A stretch of 64,000 bases of DNA from an uncultured cyanobacterium. GTDB taxonomy: Bacteria; Cyanobacteriota; Cyanobacteriia; Cyanobacteriales; CAWUOF01. The position numbers were made by a program, and so were the translations under genes. This document shows, piece by piece, positions 54,593 through 64,000 of the stretch. The DNA is taken from contig CAVUSO010000001.1 in the NCBI GenBank assembly GCA_963744145.1, positions 384,001 through 448,000 on the forward strand, in the 5' to 3' direction. Every line of letters begins with the position of its first letter. The stretch's first letter is position 1. The notes beneath the pieces are model-generated. The model was not told the origin of the DNA. It worked only from the letters and a program-made list of their open reading frames with translations, and did no database searches.

Positions 54593-55216
54593 CTAGGTTT
54601 TTTGGGAGCGAATAGTAAGAATAAATTCCTTGATTGCCTGTGGTTGTGCTTGTGGTCTAATATACTTAGCCAACAATGGTAAGCTTAAATTTGGGAAAAA
54701 TTGGCTATGAGTAATTTCCTGATAGTCACCTTCGTTTAAACGGTAAAGTGTAATTTGATTATTCTGCCAAATCAAAACTTCTGAAATACCAAGTCCTTTA
54801 TAAACAGTTAGTTTATCTACTCCTCCCCTAGTTAAATTAACTTCGATCGCCAAATCTGGTAGTTCTTTGAGAGTGCCTACACAGTAGCACTCATCAGGTT
54901 CTATTCCTCGCGCTGTCGCTTGAAGTCGAAAAGTTGTTGATCCATAACCATGTAAAGGAATATCAACCTCCTCCGCATAACGTTCTAAAAGTCTCGCAAT
55001 CACTTTTTTGATCATTTCATGTTCAACAGAGGGCATAAAGATTTCTAGAGTTCCTTCCAGGTATATAAGCTGTAATCCAGGATAATCTCCTAGAGCTGTT
55101 AATATGCTTTCATACTGCTGCCAAGTTATGCTGGGTAAAACTACCCGTTGCTCTTCGAGGTTCGATGGTAGTTGAATTAAGGTGGTCATAGAAAATATTG
55201 ACAAAATTATAGGCAT
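54593..55216 (-). CDS. Uma2 family protein
   Basis: ITWQQYE, GIEPDECY, PDLAIEV. Confidence 0.9.
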   Translation of the reverse strand: MPIILSIFSMTTLIQLPSNLEEQRVVLPSITWQQYESILTALGDYPGLQLIYLEGTLEIFMPSVEHEMIKKVIARLLERYAEEVDIPLHGYGSTTFRLQATARGIEPDECYCVGTLKELPDLAIEVNLTRGGVDKLTVYKGLGISEVLIWQNNQITLYRLNEGDYQEITHSQFFPNLSLPLLAKYIRPQAQPQAIKEFILTIRSQKT

Positions 55217-55239
55217 TCTCCGATATTCTATCTAAAAAC

Positions 55240-55439
55240 ATATAAATAACTGTAGTAGATGTTTTAATCTGGTATCATCGCTCATGGGAAAAGTTGCGTG
55301 TGTAATCCAGCACCATCCCGCAGCAGGACGCAGGTATTGACCACGAGTCCAAGCTTTTTTCCTGTGCTTCTTGTTCCTGGTCACACTGGTAAATGATTCT
55401 CAAATATGCTTGCTGTCTAGGATTGAGAGTTTCCCACAT
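55240..55439 (-). pseudogene. Possible frameshifted gene fragment
   Basis: MWETLNPRQQAYLRIIYQCDQEQEAQEK continues plausibly as AWTRGQYLRPAAGWCWI after an A-run frameshift. Confidence 0.35.
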
Positions 55440-55548
55440 TTCTCAATTCTTGAAATTATCAGTATATTTGGCTATTTTAGTGTGAACTAAGGTAAAATGG
55501 TTAACTAACTTAGTTTTTCTGAATATTTCTTGATCGGGAATTTTAGCC

Positions 55549-56109
55549 ATGCTTAAATCTAAAGACCAAATTAAAATAGCACAGCCAACAGAACGCTCTA
55601 TTGAGACTCTAATTAAATCTCTACCAGTTGGATGGATAGTAACAATTACTACGATCTACATTGTGATCGGTAGATCATTTTATTTCAATTTTCAATCATT
55701 GGCAACTTTCAATCTTCTGTTATCCAGTTTAGCTTTAGCAGGATTTTTTGCAGGAGTTGGAACTTGGGCTAGAACTTTGATTTTAAATCTAGTAAAAACT
55801 TTGATAGCTGCAACAGCACTAACAAGGGCGATCATGTTGGTATCTATTTATTATTTAATTGTTTCTCTATTTCTAGATCAATTACTGCCTTATACTTTTA
55901 TCACTAGATTTTTGTTTATTCCCTGGTATTTATATTTTGTGTTAGGATTGCTCTGGATAATTGCAGTAATTGCTACGAAACTCTTAGTAAAATTTAATCA
56001 AATATCTACTTTTTTGATATTATTAGGTTTTTCCCTGTTAGGTTTAGGATTAGCAAGATTAACGCTTTTCTTATTTCCTCATCCTGGTGTTCATCATTAT
56101 TACTATTAA
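55549..56109 (+). CDS. Hypothetical multi-pass membrane protein
   Basis: About five hydrophobic segments. Confidence 0.6.
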   Translation: MLKSKDQIKIAQPTERSIETLIKSLPVGWIVTITTIYIVIGRSFYFNFQSLATFNLLLSSLALAGFFAGVGTWARTLILNLVKTLIAATALTRAIMLVSIYYLIVSLFLDQLLPYTFITRFLFIPWYLYFVLGLLWIIAVIATKLLVKFNQISTFLILLGFSLLGLGLARLTLFLFPHPGVHHYYY

Positions 56110-56362
56110 TAAATGCGGATAAGAGAGTGTAGCGATCACCTGTTCTGCAATATTTCAATTTCTATTACCAAGCCCACGATAGGATCTAAAATAGCGACTA
56201 ATATTTTTACACATAATTTTCGCAGTTGGTCAATGAGAGCGATCGCCATATTCCTGCATAGTTTCCAGTTCTCAATTGTAGGCTCAGAAATTTATTAATT
56301 TGGTGGCGATCGCGTACATTTTCCAAGCCCAAGTATTTTAAAAGTTATGAAATATTTCAAAA

Positions 56363-56392
56363 GTAGGGGCGCAAGAGTTCTTGCGTCCCTAC
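56363..56392. repeat. GTAG-type REP palindrome
   Basis: gtaggggcgcaagagttcttgcgtccctac. Confidence 0.7.
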
Positions 56393-56565
56393 AAAGATAC
56401 AGCAGTGATTTTGCAGTGTCCTGAGAATCGCTCTACTTTGTCTCAATCTTTATTGTTTAGGTGGCGATCGCGAATATCGACTACACCATGAGAACTCTTT
56501 GACAATCACTTCCCTTTTATCTATTATTAGTCTAAACTCCAGTAGATATCGAACTCAGGATAGCT

Positions 56566-57654
56566 ATGGATGCAATAGAAAAGGCTGGATCGCTCTTACT
56601 TCTGATTGGATTAGGAGTATTTCTACAGAAAAAAGTAACACATCCAGACTCTCTGATTGGAGTAAAATCAATTATTTTGAGTGTTGCATTGCCAGCAAGT
56701 ATATTTGTTGCTTTATTGAAAACCAAAATAGAGCCTTCTTTATTTTTTTTACCTCTATTAACCTTGGTATTTAATATCCTTTTGATGAAAGTAAGTGAAT
56801 TAACATTGCCTTTCATTGGTGTAGAGCGCAATGGACCGACAATGCGGACTTTGCTGATGCTGTTGCCTTCTTTAGCTCCAGGATTATCTAGTTTTCCATT
56901 TATTTTAGAATACTTAGGCGAGGATATGCTAGCCAGAGCTGCGTTGGCGGATGTTGGCAATAAGGTTTTTGGTTTGATCGTACTTTATTTGTTGGCGATG
57001 AACTGGTACTACCAACTTCATGGACAACAGCAAAAAACAACTTCTATCCCCCAAAACTTGAAACGCTTACTGAAATCACTTGTTCAAGAGCCAGTCAATA
57101 TATTGATGCTCCTGGCTTTGGGGATGTTGTTCATGGGATGGAACAAAACCAATTTGCCATTATTTTTGACAGATACTTTGGATAAGCTCAATGCACTAAT
57201 GACGCCCTTGGTGTTACTGTTTATTGGGATGACGGCTAAATTCAAACAGCAAGAAATATTTATAGTGGTGAAGTTGTTGACTTTTCGTTCTGGGTTGGCA
57301 TTCTGTTGGAGTGCCTTGATAATGAGTATTTTTCCAATGACAACTATAGGTTCGGTTTTGCTAATTGTAGCACTACCTCAAAGCTCTTGTAGTTTTTGGC
57401 CTTTTGCACATATGTCTATGATCCAAGAAATGGAAGATGAACAACCTTTAGAAAACCGAAAAACCACCTTTTATTTGCCTTTTGCGATTAATCTTTTGGC
57501 CATTTCCTTACCTTTCTCTACTATAATTACTCTAGCGGTGTGTTCAAGTGGCAATTTTTTTGCCCATACCGTCTATGTCTGGATGCTCGGTATATTGATG
57601 CTTTTGGCTACTGCTTTGTTGGAATGGTGTTGCTCTATGACACCTAAATCTTGA
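56566..57654 (+). CDS. AEC-like membrane permease
   Basis: About 10 TM segments; VALPASIF, LAPGLSSFPF, TPLVLLFIG. Confidence 0.7.
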   Translation: MDAIEKAGSLLLLIGLGVFLQKKVTHPDSLIGVKSIILSVALPASIFVALLKTKIEPSLFFLPLLTLVFNILLMKVSELTLPFIGVERNGPTMRTLLMLLPSLAPGLSSFPFILEYLGEDMLARAALADVGNKVFGLIVLYLLAMNWYYQLHGQQQKTTSIPQNLKRLLKSLVQEPVNILMLLALGMLFMGWNKTNLPLFLTDTLDKLNALMTPLVLLFIGMTAKFKQQEIFIVVKLLTFRSGLAFCWSALIMSIFPMTTIGSVLLIVALPQSSCSFWPFAHMSMIQEMEDEQPLENRKTTFYLPFAINLLAISLPFSTIITLAVCSSGNFFAHTVYVWMLGILMLLATALLEWCCSMTPKS

Positions 57655-58008
57655 GACTTTTATTCTGGTAGCGATCGCACCCATTAACCCAAGTCCAAGC
57701 ATTGAAACCGTTCTGCAAAAGCTAGTGTGGCGGTTAAGGTGTAGCGGTGATTTTGCCAGATTTGAGCGATCGCTGTTTTGGATAATAAAACTTTTCCGAT
57801 AAATATACGGCGGGCAATTAATTGAATCCGTTTTGATAAATTCTTCTTATGTTGGTGGCGATCGCACTTGGGACCGCATCAAAATTTCCTTGGTATTTTA
57901 CTAACGATCGACAAGAAATCAGAACTCAAAAGAAAACTACCCCAAAACCTATTTGGGGTAATTAAAAGGGTACATTTGGGCTTCAACTAATGCTATGGAT
58001 TGCTAACT

Positions 58009-58176
58009 CTAGCTAATGCCAATTGAGAACAAAATCAATCCGGTGATCGCCAAGATAAAGATTCCACCTTGCAGTAAATAACGTTGTTGTTGTTCTGGTG
58101 AAGGGTATTGGGCGTAATAAACAGGTGGTTCGCTAGCGTAGTTGTTTAATTGGCCTTCGTTGTTAATAGTTTTCAT
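58009..58176 (-). CDS. psb34: Psb34/Ssl1498-family small PSII assembly protein (55 aa; below the ORF-track cutoff)
   Basis: MKTINNEGQLNNYASEPPVYYAQYPSPEQQQRYLLQG followed by a TM helix. Confidence 0.85.
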   Translation of the reverse strand: MKTINNEGQLNNYASEPPVYYAQYPSPEQQQRYLLQGGIFILAITGLILFSIGIS

Positions 58177-58201
58177 GGGGTTTGTCCTTACCTTGTTAAC
58201 T

Positions 58202-58240
58202 TATGTAAATAAATGTAACGTTTTCTTTATAGTCTGTCAA
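58202..58240 (-). promoter_or_regulatory. Sigma70-type promoter overlapped by an HLR1 (RpaB) site
   Basis: TTGACA-N17-TACATT; GTTACATT-TA-TTTACATA matches the HLR1 consensus. Confidence 0.75.
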
Positions 58241-58468
58241 TAGTTATGGGGCATTTATCTCATCAGTATTCTTTGTAGGACTGATAGGTTTAATTGATTG
58301 GGGAATAATTAGGGATTTATGGGATTGCGATCGCATCCATCCCAGATATCAAAATCCGCCGCGACTGAATTGGTGGCGATCGCCAATTATCCCCAAGTCC
58401 CGGTGATGCAGATTGAACCGCAAAATCCTTGTCCGGGCTCGGTGGTATGGTGCGATCGCTTGCAAAGA

Positions 58469-59041
58469 TTAAGGGTTTAATAATTGGAAAGAGTCTAGAA
58501 AACCTTGGGTACTAACGGAAAGACTGCTTATCATATCATCAGAAATACGAGTTGTTATAACATAAATTTTGTTTTTTACAAAATAAGCTCTGTCTTTAAT
58601 AGAATATGGGGTATTATCTATATTTACTTTTATTTGAAACTCCTCACCGGAGTAATTATTGAAAATAATATCTTTTTCAGAGATTAATTGTGCATGAGAC
58701 TCTGATACCTTTTCAGTAAAAAATTGTTTTAAAATATCAATCTGCTCTTCTTTATTAGGTACACTGTTGAAATCGACAACAGATATTACATAATAAGCCT
58801 TATTATATTGATTGGTAAAAAAAGATATAGAATTAAGTTTTTTACCATTAATCATCACAACAGATTCGTTACTGATTAGAGGTTTTCCAGGCATTAATAT
58901 GCTAAACCCATATTCTTCAGAAGTAAATTTACTCCATACTGATTGAGCTATCAGATATGGTTTTTCTGCCATGACGGGTTTAATTCCATAGCCAGTTAAT
59001 AGTAAACTTATGGTTAAGATTGATGGGATTATTTTCTGCAT
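58469..59041 (-). CDS. Hypothetical secreted protein
   Basis: Signal peptide; WSKFTSEEYGFSILMPGKP...FLDSFQLL. Confidence 0.7.
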   Translation of the reverse strand: MQKIIPSILTISLLLTGYGIKPVMAEKPYLIAQSVWSKFTSEEYGFSILMPGKPLISNESVVMINGKKLNSISFFTNQYNKAYYVISVVDFNSVPNKEEQIDILKQFFTEKVSESHAQLISEKDIIFNNYSGEEFQIKVNIDNTPYSIKDRAYFVKNKIYVITTRISDDMISSLSVSTQGFLDSFQLLNP

Positions 59042-59249
59042 ATTTTTATCCTCTTTTTTGGCCAATATGTTATCATTTAGACTTTCTAGCTGTCTGTGTT
59101 TTAGATCACTTGCTATTTTTCTAAATATTGTCCCCTATTTATTTGATTAGTGCGATCGCCAACCCCCAACCTCCCAATAAAAAAGCCCCACCATTACAGT
59201 GAGGCAAATTAGCGAGGATGATAATAGGAGACCCTAAATATTTACTGGT

Positions 59250-59702
59250 TTAGTTCGATTGACCCGAATGAGCATTAGGGTGATTTTGAAGCCATTGAGC
59301 GCGATCGGCTTGAAGTTGTTGTAGTTGAGTAGGTGTTAAGATTGCCTCAAATTGGGATTTAGCACTTGCGCGAATTTGTTTAAGTTGTGCTTTTTGGTCA
59401 GCACTAAGAGTTACATTAGGCTTGGTATGGTTGGCTCTTGCTGCTTTAAATTGAGCTTTTTGATCAGCAGTGAAGACAGCAGACATTTGTTGACGAGTAG
59501 ATTCACGAATTTGTTTAGCTTGGGCTTTTTGAGCATCAGTCAAGTTGAGATTTTTAAATCCTTCACCCCGTTTTCCATGTCCACCATGTTCTGTTGTTTG
59601 AGTTGAAGCTGCAAGAGCAGGACTAAAGGAAGCGATTACGGTCGAAGCAGCAAGAGTTAGAGCGATTAGACCAGGTAATAAGAAAGATGCTTTGAGTTTC
59701 AT
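59250..59702 (-). CDS. Spy/CpxP family (LTXXQ) periplasmic chaperone
   Basis: Signal peptide; LNLTDAQK, FTADQK, LSADQK, ILTPTQ. Confidence 0.85.
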   Translation of the reverse strand: MKLKASFLLPGLIALTLAASTVIASFSPALAASTQTTEHGGHGKRGEGFKNLNLTDAQKAQAKQIRESTRQQMSAVFTADQKAQFKAARANHTKPNVTLSADQKAQLKQIRASAKSQFEAILTPTQLQQLQADRAQWLQNHPNAHSGQSN

Positions 59703-60045
59703 AGTTGAGAAATTTCTGAGAAAGTTTTGATAGTGTTTTAGAGTAAGAGTAGTTTCGAGTTAGCTCTTTTTCTTCATGTTTACAGAATAGCTATTTAAAA
59801 CTTGTTCTCATAGTCTCTAAAGTAATGAGCTAAGGGATGATAAAAGTTACAGGTGCTTTTTCTGGGGCTAAATATAGATTATCTTTAAATTCCAATAAAA
59901 AACCCCACCATTATGGTGAGGTATTTAATCAGGGTGCATTGAATATGAATTAAGAAAATCTGAGAGAAAATAGTTACTGCAATTGTTATTCGTCTAGTTG
60001 GGGTGTGTTTGTTTGCTGAATATTTAGGTTGATTACTTGAATAAT

Positions 60046-60516
60046 TTAGTGATTATTGTTATACCCATTATTGTTATAACCATTGGTGGTGGTTGTGGTA
60101 TTAGAATGTTGTTGCCAATTGTTGGTAGAAGTAGTAGTGGTTGGATTAGTGGTGTTAGAAGTAGTGGTATTAGGATTAGTGGTTTGTGCGTGGTATTGGT
60201 TATATCCGTTGGTATTAGAATTAGTTGATGCTTGCGCGTGGTATTGGTTTTGTGTATGTTGTGCTGTTGCTTGGCGTTGTGCTTCTATTCTGCGTTGTTC
60301 AGCTTGACGTTGTGCTTGTAATCTTTGTTGTTCAGCTTGACGTTGAGCTTCTATTCTGCGTTGTTCAGCTTGATGTTGAGCTTGGATTTTTTGTGCTTGT
60401 TGTTGACTATAACTATTATTATTTTGATAGTAGCTATCGGCACGAGCGGGAATTGCAATTCCTCCTAACATTAAGCTGACGATACCGACTAGAGCTAAAG
60501 ATTTATTGAGACGCAT
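60046..60516 (-). CDS. Secreted Q/N/T-rich coiled-coil protein
   Basis: Signal peptide ending PARA; QAEQRRIEAQR 11-aa repeats. Confidence 0.75.
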   Translation of the reverse strand: MRLNKSLALVGIVSLMLGGIAIPARADSYYQNNNSYSQQQAQKIQAQHQAEQRRIEAQRQAEQQRLQAQRQAEQRRIEAQRQATAQHTQNQYHAQASTNSNTNGYNQYHAQTTNPNTTTSNTTNPTTTTSTNNWQQHSNTTTTTNGYNNNGYNNNH

Positions 60517-60754
60517 ATTTTTGACTTCCTTTTTTGCTTGTGTTTTTGTTTGCTGTTTTCTATCTGTTAACAGCTTATGTCTTTTATTCTCTCAGCAATA
60601 GTCTAGAAAGTAATGAGTTGTAGGATGCTGATAGTTACTGTCTTTCCCATGACTAATTGCACAGACCCGATCCCTGAAGCTGTAATGCTTTAGTCTGTCG
60701 CGAGCGCCTGTGGATATGTTCATCGCTAGTTAGTACAGAGCCCAGTATCCAGTA

Positions 60755-60915
60755 GGGATTGCTGGTGATGGCGAGCGATTGTAATGAGTCGCTGGTGATG
60801 ATTGCTGGTAATGGCGATCGCCTGTGCTAATGTCCCATCTTTGGATTGCTGGTGGTGGTGATCGCTTGTAATGTCCAGTCGTTGGTGATGATTACTGGTA
60901 ATGGCGATCGCTGTC
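60755..60915. repeat. Degenerate short tandem repeats containing HIP1
   Basis: gattgctggt(g/a)atggcgatcgc-type units. Confidence 0.6.
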
Positions 60916-61003
60916 TATGTCCCACCAGAATCTTGAGAAATTAACTGGGGTGATGCGATCGCGTTAATCCTTGAAAAGTAGATTTGCGATCGCCCAATGC
61001 AGT

Positions 61004-61966
61004 TTAGAAGTGGCAGATAGATGCTGGTTTGACTGGGCAAGTTTTATTTGTCAACTTTGGATTGTCTCTAAGGTCGAGTGAAGTAAGATTAATAAGGCCA
61101 GACAAAGGTTGCAAATTACTGATTTGATTGTGGTTGAAGCCCAGTCTAGTTAGCTTAGTAAGCACTGATAGGGGTTGTAGGTTACTGATTTGATTTCCAT
61201 TGAGGTAGAGTTCAGTCAGATTCATGAGGATAGACAAGGGTTGTAGGTTGCTAATTTGATTTCTACTGAGGTAGAGTGTTTCTAGATTAGTAAGACCAGA
61301 CAAAGATTGCAGGTTACTGATTTGATTATTGTTGAGGTAGAGTCCAGTCAGATTAGTAAGGCTAGACAAGGGTTGCACATCGCTGATTTGATCGCTGCTG
61401 AGGTAGAGTAAAGTTAACTTAGTAAGACCAGACAAGGGTTGCAGGTTGCTGATTTTATTGCTGTCGAGGTTGAGACTGCTTAGATTAGTAAGGCCAGATA
61501 AGGGTTGCAGATTGCTGATTTTATTGTGAAAGATGATGATCTCTTTCAGATTAGTAAGGCCAGACAAGGGTTGCAAGTTGCTGATTTGATTGTCGCTGAG
61601 ATCGAGATTCCTTAGATTAGTAAGGCCAGCTAAGGGTTGCAAGTTGCTGATTTGATTACCTTCGAGAATGAGTGAAATCAGGTTAGTGAGACTGGACAAA
61701 GGTTGTAGGTTGCTGATTTGATTCTCGTAGAGAGCGAGTACAGTGAGAGTATAGAGCTTCTGGTTCGCTTGTTGACAGTTTTGAGTCCCAACCTTTGTTA
61801 ACAATACTTCAACTGTATGCTTTGCATCAGCAGGAAGAGTTGCTTTATTGACACACCAATCAACAAATTTACTATAAATTTGTGCTGGTTGTGCATGACT
61901 GGGAAGAGACAGCACAGACAGTAAAATAGCTCCAACTAACCCTGTACTTACAAAACTAATTTTCAT
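61004..61966 (-). CDS. Secreted internalin-like leucine-rich repeat protein
   Basis: 22-aa NQISNLQPLSGLTNL repeats; FVDWC...HTVEVLL cap; CPVKPASIC tail. Confidence 0.92.
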   Translation of the reverse strand: MKISFVSTGLVGAILLSVLSLPSHAQPAQIYSKFVDWCVNKATLPADAKHTVEVLLTKVGTQNCQQANQKLYTLTVLALYENQISNLQPLSSLTNLISLILEGNQISNLQPLAGLTNLRNLDLSDNQISNLQPLSGLTNLKEIIIFHNKISNLQPLSGLTNLSSLNLDSNKISNLQPLSGLTKLTLLYLSSDQISDVQPLSSLTNLTGLYLNNNQISNLQSLSGLTNLETLYLSRNQISNLQPLSILMNLTELYLNGNQISNLQPLSVLTKLTRLGFNHNQISNLQPLSGLINLTSLDLRDNPKLTNKTCPVKPASICHF

Positions 61967-62309
61967 AAAATCCCATCTGTAAAATTCAGTTTCAGTATAA
62001 TCAGCTTGAACTAAAAAAGATTGAGACGCTTAGATCAAAGAATTTGGTCTCAGCCATGACTGGCGATCACTCCCAAGCTCAACTTATTTAACATCCCAGG
62101 TTTTCAGATTAGCTGCGATCGCTCTAATTTTAATCGGTGAGGATTCTAAACAGACATCCTGTAAAAGCATTAGTCTATAAGTATTTCAAGGATTTTGAGT
62201 ATAAAATGATAACCCGTGAAACTGGCTTTTTTCGTAATTGGACTATGCAGATCCAGAAAAAATTAGGGAAAATAGGTTAGTTTGTTTAGTCTGTTTGGGA
62301 GATGGATTT

Positions 62310-63422
62310 ATGCGGTTATTGAATTTTATAGGGGTTGGGAGTGCGATCGCTCTAATATTGGGGTCTAGTTTATTGCCAGTAGCAGCCCAAGAAGCAACCA
62401 ATAACCATAAAACCTTTGCAGATTGGTGTAAAAATAAAGAAAGTTTGGAAGCTCCAGCTAAACATACCGTTGAAGTATTGTTGAATTATGCCAAAACAAA
62501 TGATTGTGATCAAGCTAATCAAACTCTTTCAAATCAAACAAACCTAGACCTATCCCGAAAACAAATCAGCAATATCAAACCATTACAATCTTTGACTAAT
62601 CTTAAAAATCTGTCGCTGATGCTCAATCAAATTAATGATATCACACCATTACAATTTTTAACTAATCTTCAAAAACTTTACATTGCGGATAATCAAATTA
62701 GTGATTTAAAGCCATTAGAATCTTTAACTAATCTCCAAGTTCTTAATTTTAGTTTTAATCGGTCAAATAAAATTACTGATCTAACCCCATTAAAAGCTTT
62801 GACTAATCTTCAATATCTTGACCTCATGTCGAATAAAATTAGTGATCTAACCCCATTACAATTTTTGATTAATCTTCAATATCTTGATCTTATTTCTAAT
62901 CAGATTAGTGATCTAACCCCATTAAAAGCTTTGACTAATCTTCAATATCTCTTTCTTGGCTCGAATCAAATCAGAGACCTAACACCGCTACAATCTTTGA
63001 TTAATCTTCAATATCTTGATTTTCATACTAATCAAATTACAGATCTAACCCCATTACAATCCTTGACTAATCTGAAAACGCTTGACCTTAATTCTAATCA
63101 AATTACAGATATAATGCCATTACAATCCTTGATTAAACTTGATAGTCTAACTATTAAAAATAATCAAATTATTGATCTAACCCCATTACAATTTTTAACT
63201 AATCTTAAATTTCTTGCTCTTAAATCAAATAAAATTAGCAATATTACTTCATTACAATCATTAACTAATTTAGATATACTTGACATCAGTTCTAATCAAG
63301 TTATTGATATCAAAGTTCTACAATCATTAATTAATCTTTCTGAACTAAAGCTCTACAATAATCCAATTCCTAATAAAATTTGTCCGGTTAAACCAGAGTA
63401 TATTTGTGCATGGGACAAATAA
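62310..63422 (+). CDS. Secreted internalin-like leucine-rich repeat protein
   Basis: NQISDLTPLQSLTNL repeats; same caps; start at MRLLNF. Confidence 0.92.
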   Translation: MRLLNFIGVGSAIALILGSSLLPVAAQEATNNHKTFADWCKNKESLEAPAKHTVEVLLNYAKTNDCDQANQTLSNQTNLDLSRKQISNIKPLQSLTNLKNLSLMLNQINDITPLQFLTNLQKLYIADNQISDLKPLESLTNLQVLNFSFNRSNKITDLTPLKALTNLQYLDLMSNKISDLTPLQFLINLQYLDLISNQISDLTPLKALTNLQYLFLGSNQIRDLTPLQSLINLQYLDFHTNQITDLTPLQSLTNLKTLDLNSNQITDIMPLQSLIKLDSLTIKNNQIIDLTPLQFLTNLKFLALKSNKISNITSLQSLTNLDILDISSNQVIDIKVLQSLINLSELKLYNNPIPNKICPVKPEYICAWDK

Positions 63423-63439
63423 TGTTGATAGCGATCGCC

Positions 63440-63779
63440 CTATACGGTATCTTGGTCATAGGTTATATTAAACAGCGTCTCACTCAGCCACGCTTTAAAA
63501 TCTGAGTCTTCTGTAAACTTGCAATAAGCTTCTTTATGGTAATCATAATTACGCACAAATGATTTAGCTTTTTTCTTAAAGTCATCTTTCCTTACGTCCT
63601 GTTTCAGACTGCTTAACTATTCCCTGATCACTCAATATTGATAAAAGTTCTAAATCACCATATCTAGTCTCGACTATTTCCCTGAAGATCAACGAATTTC
63701 GTACAACACTCCAATGTTCTGGGACTTCTTCAATACCAGGTAATCTATGCTCTTGCTTATAAACTGGATAACGCTTCAT
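63440..63779 (-). pseudogene. Type I R-M remnant: hsdS N-terminus joined to hsdR C-terminal fragments
   Basis: MKRYPVYK...EVPEHWSVVR (HsdS-like), then in another frame DDFKKKAKSFVRNY...KFTEDSDFKAWLSETLFNITY (HsdR-like). Confidence 0.65.
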
Positions 63780-64000
63780 TCTAAGATTTCATCCTCAACT
63801 AATTTATATTCCCCATTTATTGTATCCTTCATAATCAATTCTGCAAAAAGAGAAGCAGAAATAATCAAAGTATTCCCTCAACTCTAAACTTCGGTAAAAT
63901 TGCGATCGCCTGTAATTAAAAAATCAGCATGAGCTGCAATCGCTCATTCCAGAAACTTAACATCTTTCCGATCTCTAGAAAAATCTATTTTTGGAGAAAC
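63776..64000 (-). pseudogene. PIN-domain toxin pseudogene, 3' part
   Basis: RDRKDVKFLE*AIAAHADFLITGDRNFTEV*S*; three in-frame stops. Confidence 0.7.

Overview
AT-rich cyanobacterial chromosome segment: the HIP1 octamer GCGATCGC is frequent, and ldpA, a Psb34/Ssl1498-like gene, a Ycf45-like gene and Uma2 genes are present. 0-14 kb holds three tandem secreted haemagglutinin-domain/CHAT protease paralogues, each with a different low-complexity linker. Housekeeping genes are rnz (start only), ribBA, argC, ldpA, an ABC-F gene, nnr, mnmA, comEC, glyQ and tRNA-Ser(CGA). A GC-richer AraC/oxidoreductase cassette (17.3-23.3 kb) carries a 326-bp protein-less omega-RNA (HEARO)-like IS200/IS605 element inserted exactly at an ATGAA start codon. 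30-36.5 kb is a mosaic Uma2 array with an IS630 insertion and a Ser/Thr kinase-GUN4 gene whose tail looks hypermutated. 39-42 kb is an unexplained module of a Zn-ribbon/HTH protein, a dual-HTH protein and a PAS-like protein around a long palindrome. Decayed defence-type fragments lie downstream of tRNA-Ser and at the right end. Three single-base insertions (Ycf45-like gene, IS630, glyQ) all fall in an RGACG context and are probably sequencing artefacts. All calls come from motif recognition; no searches were run.
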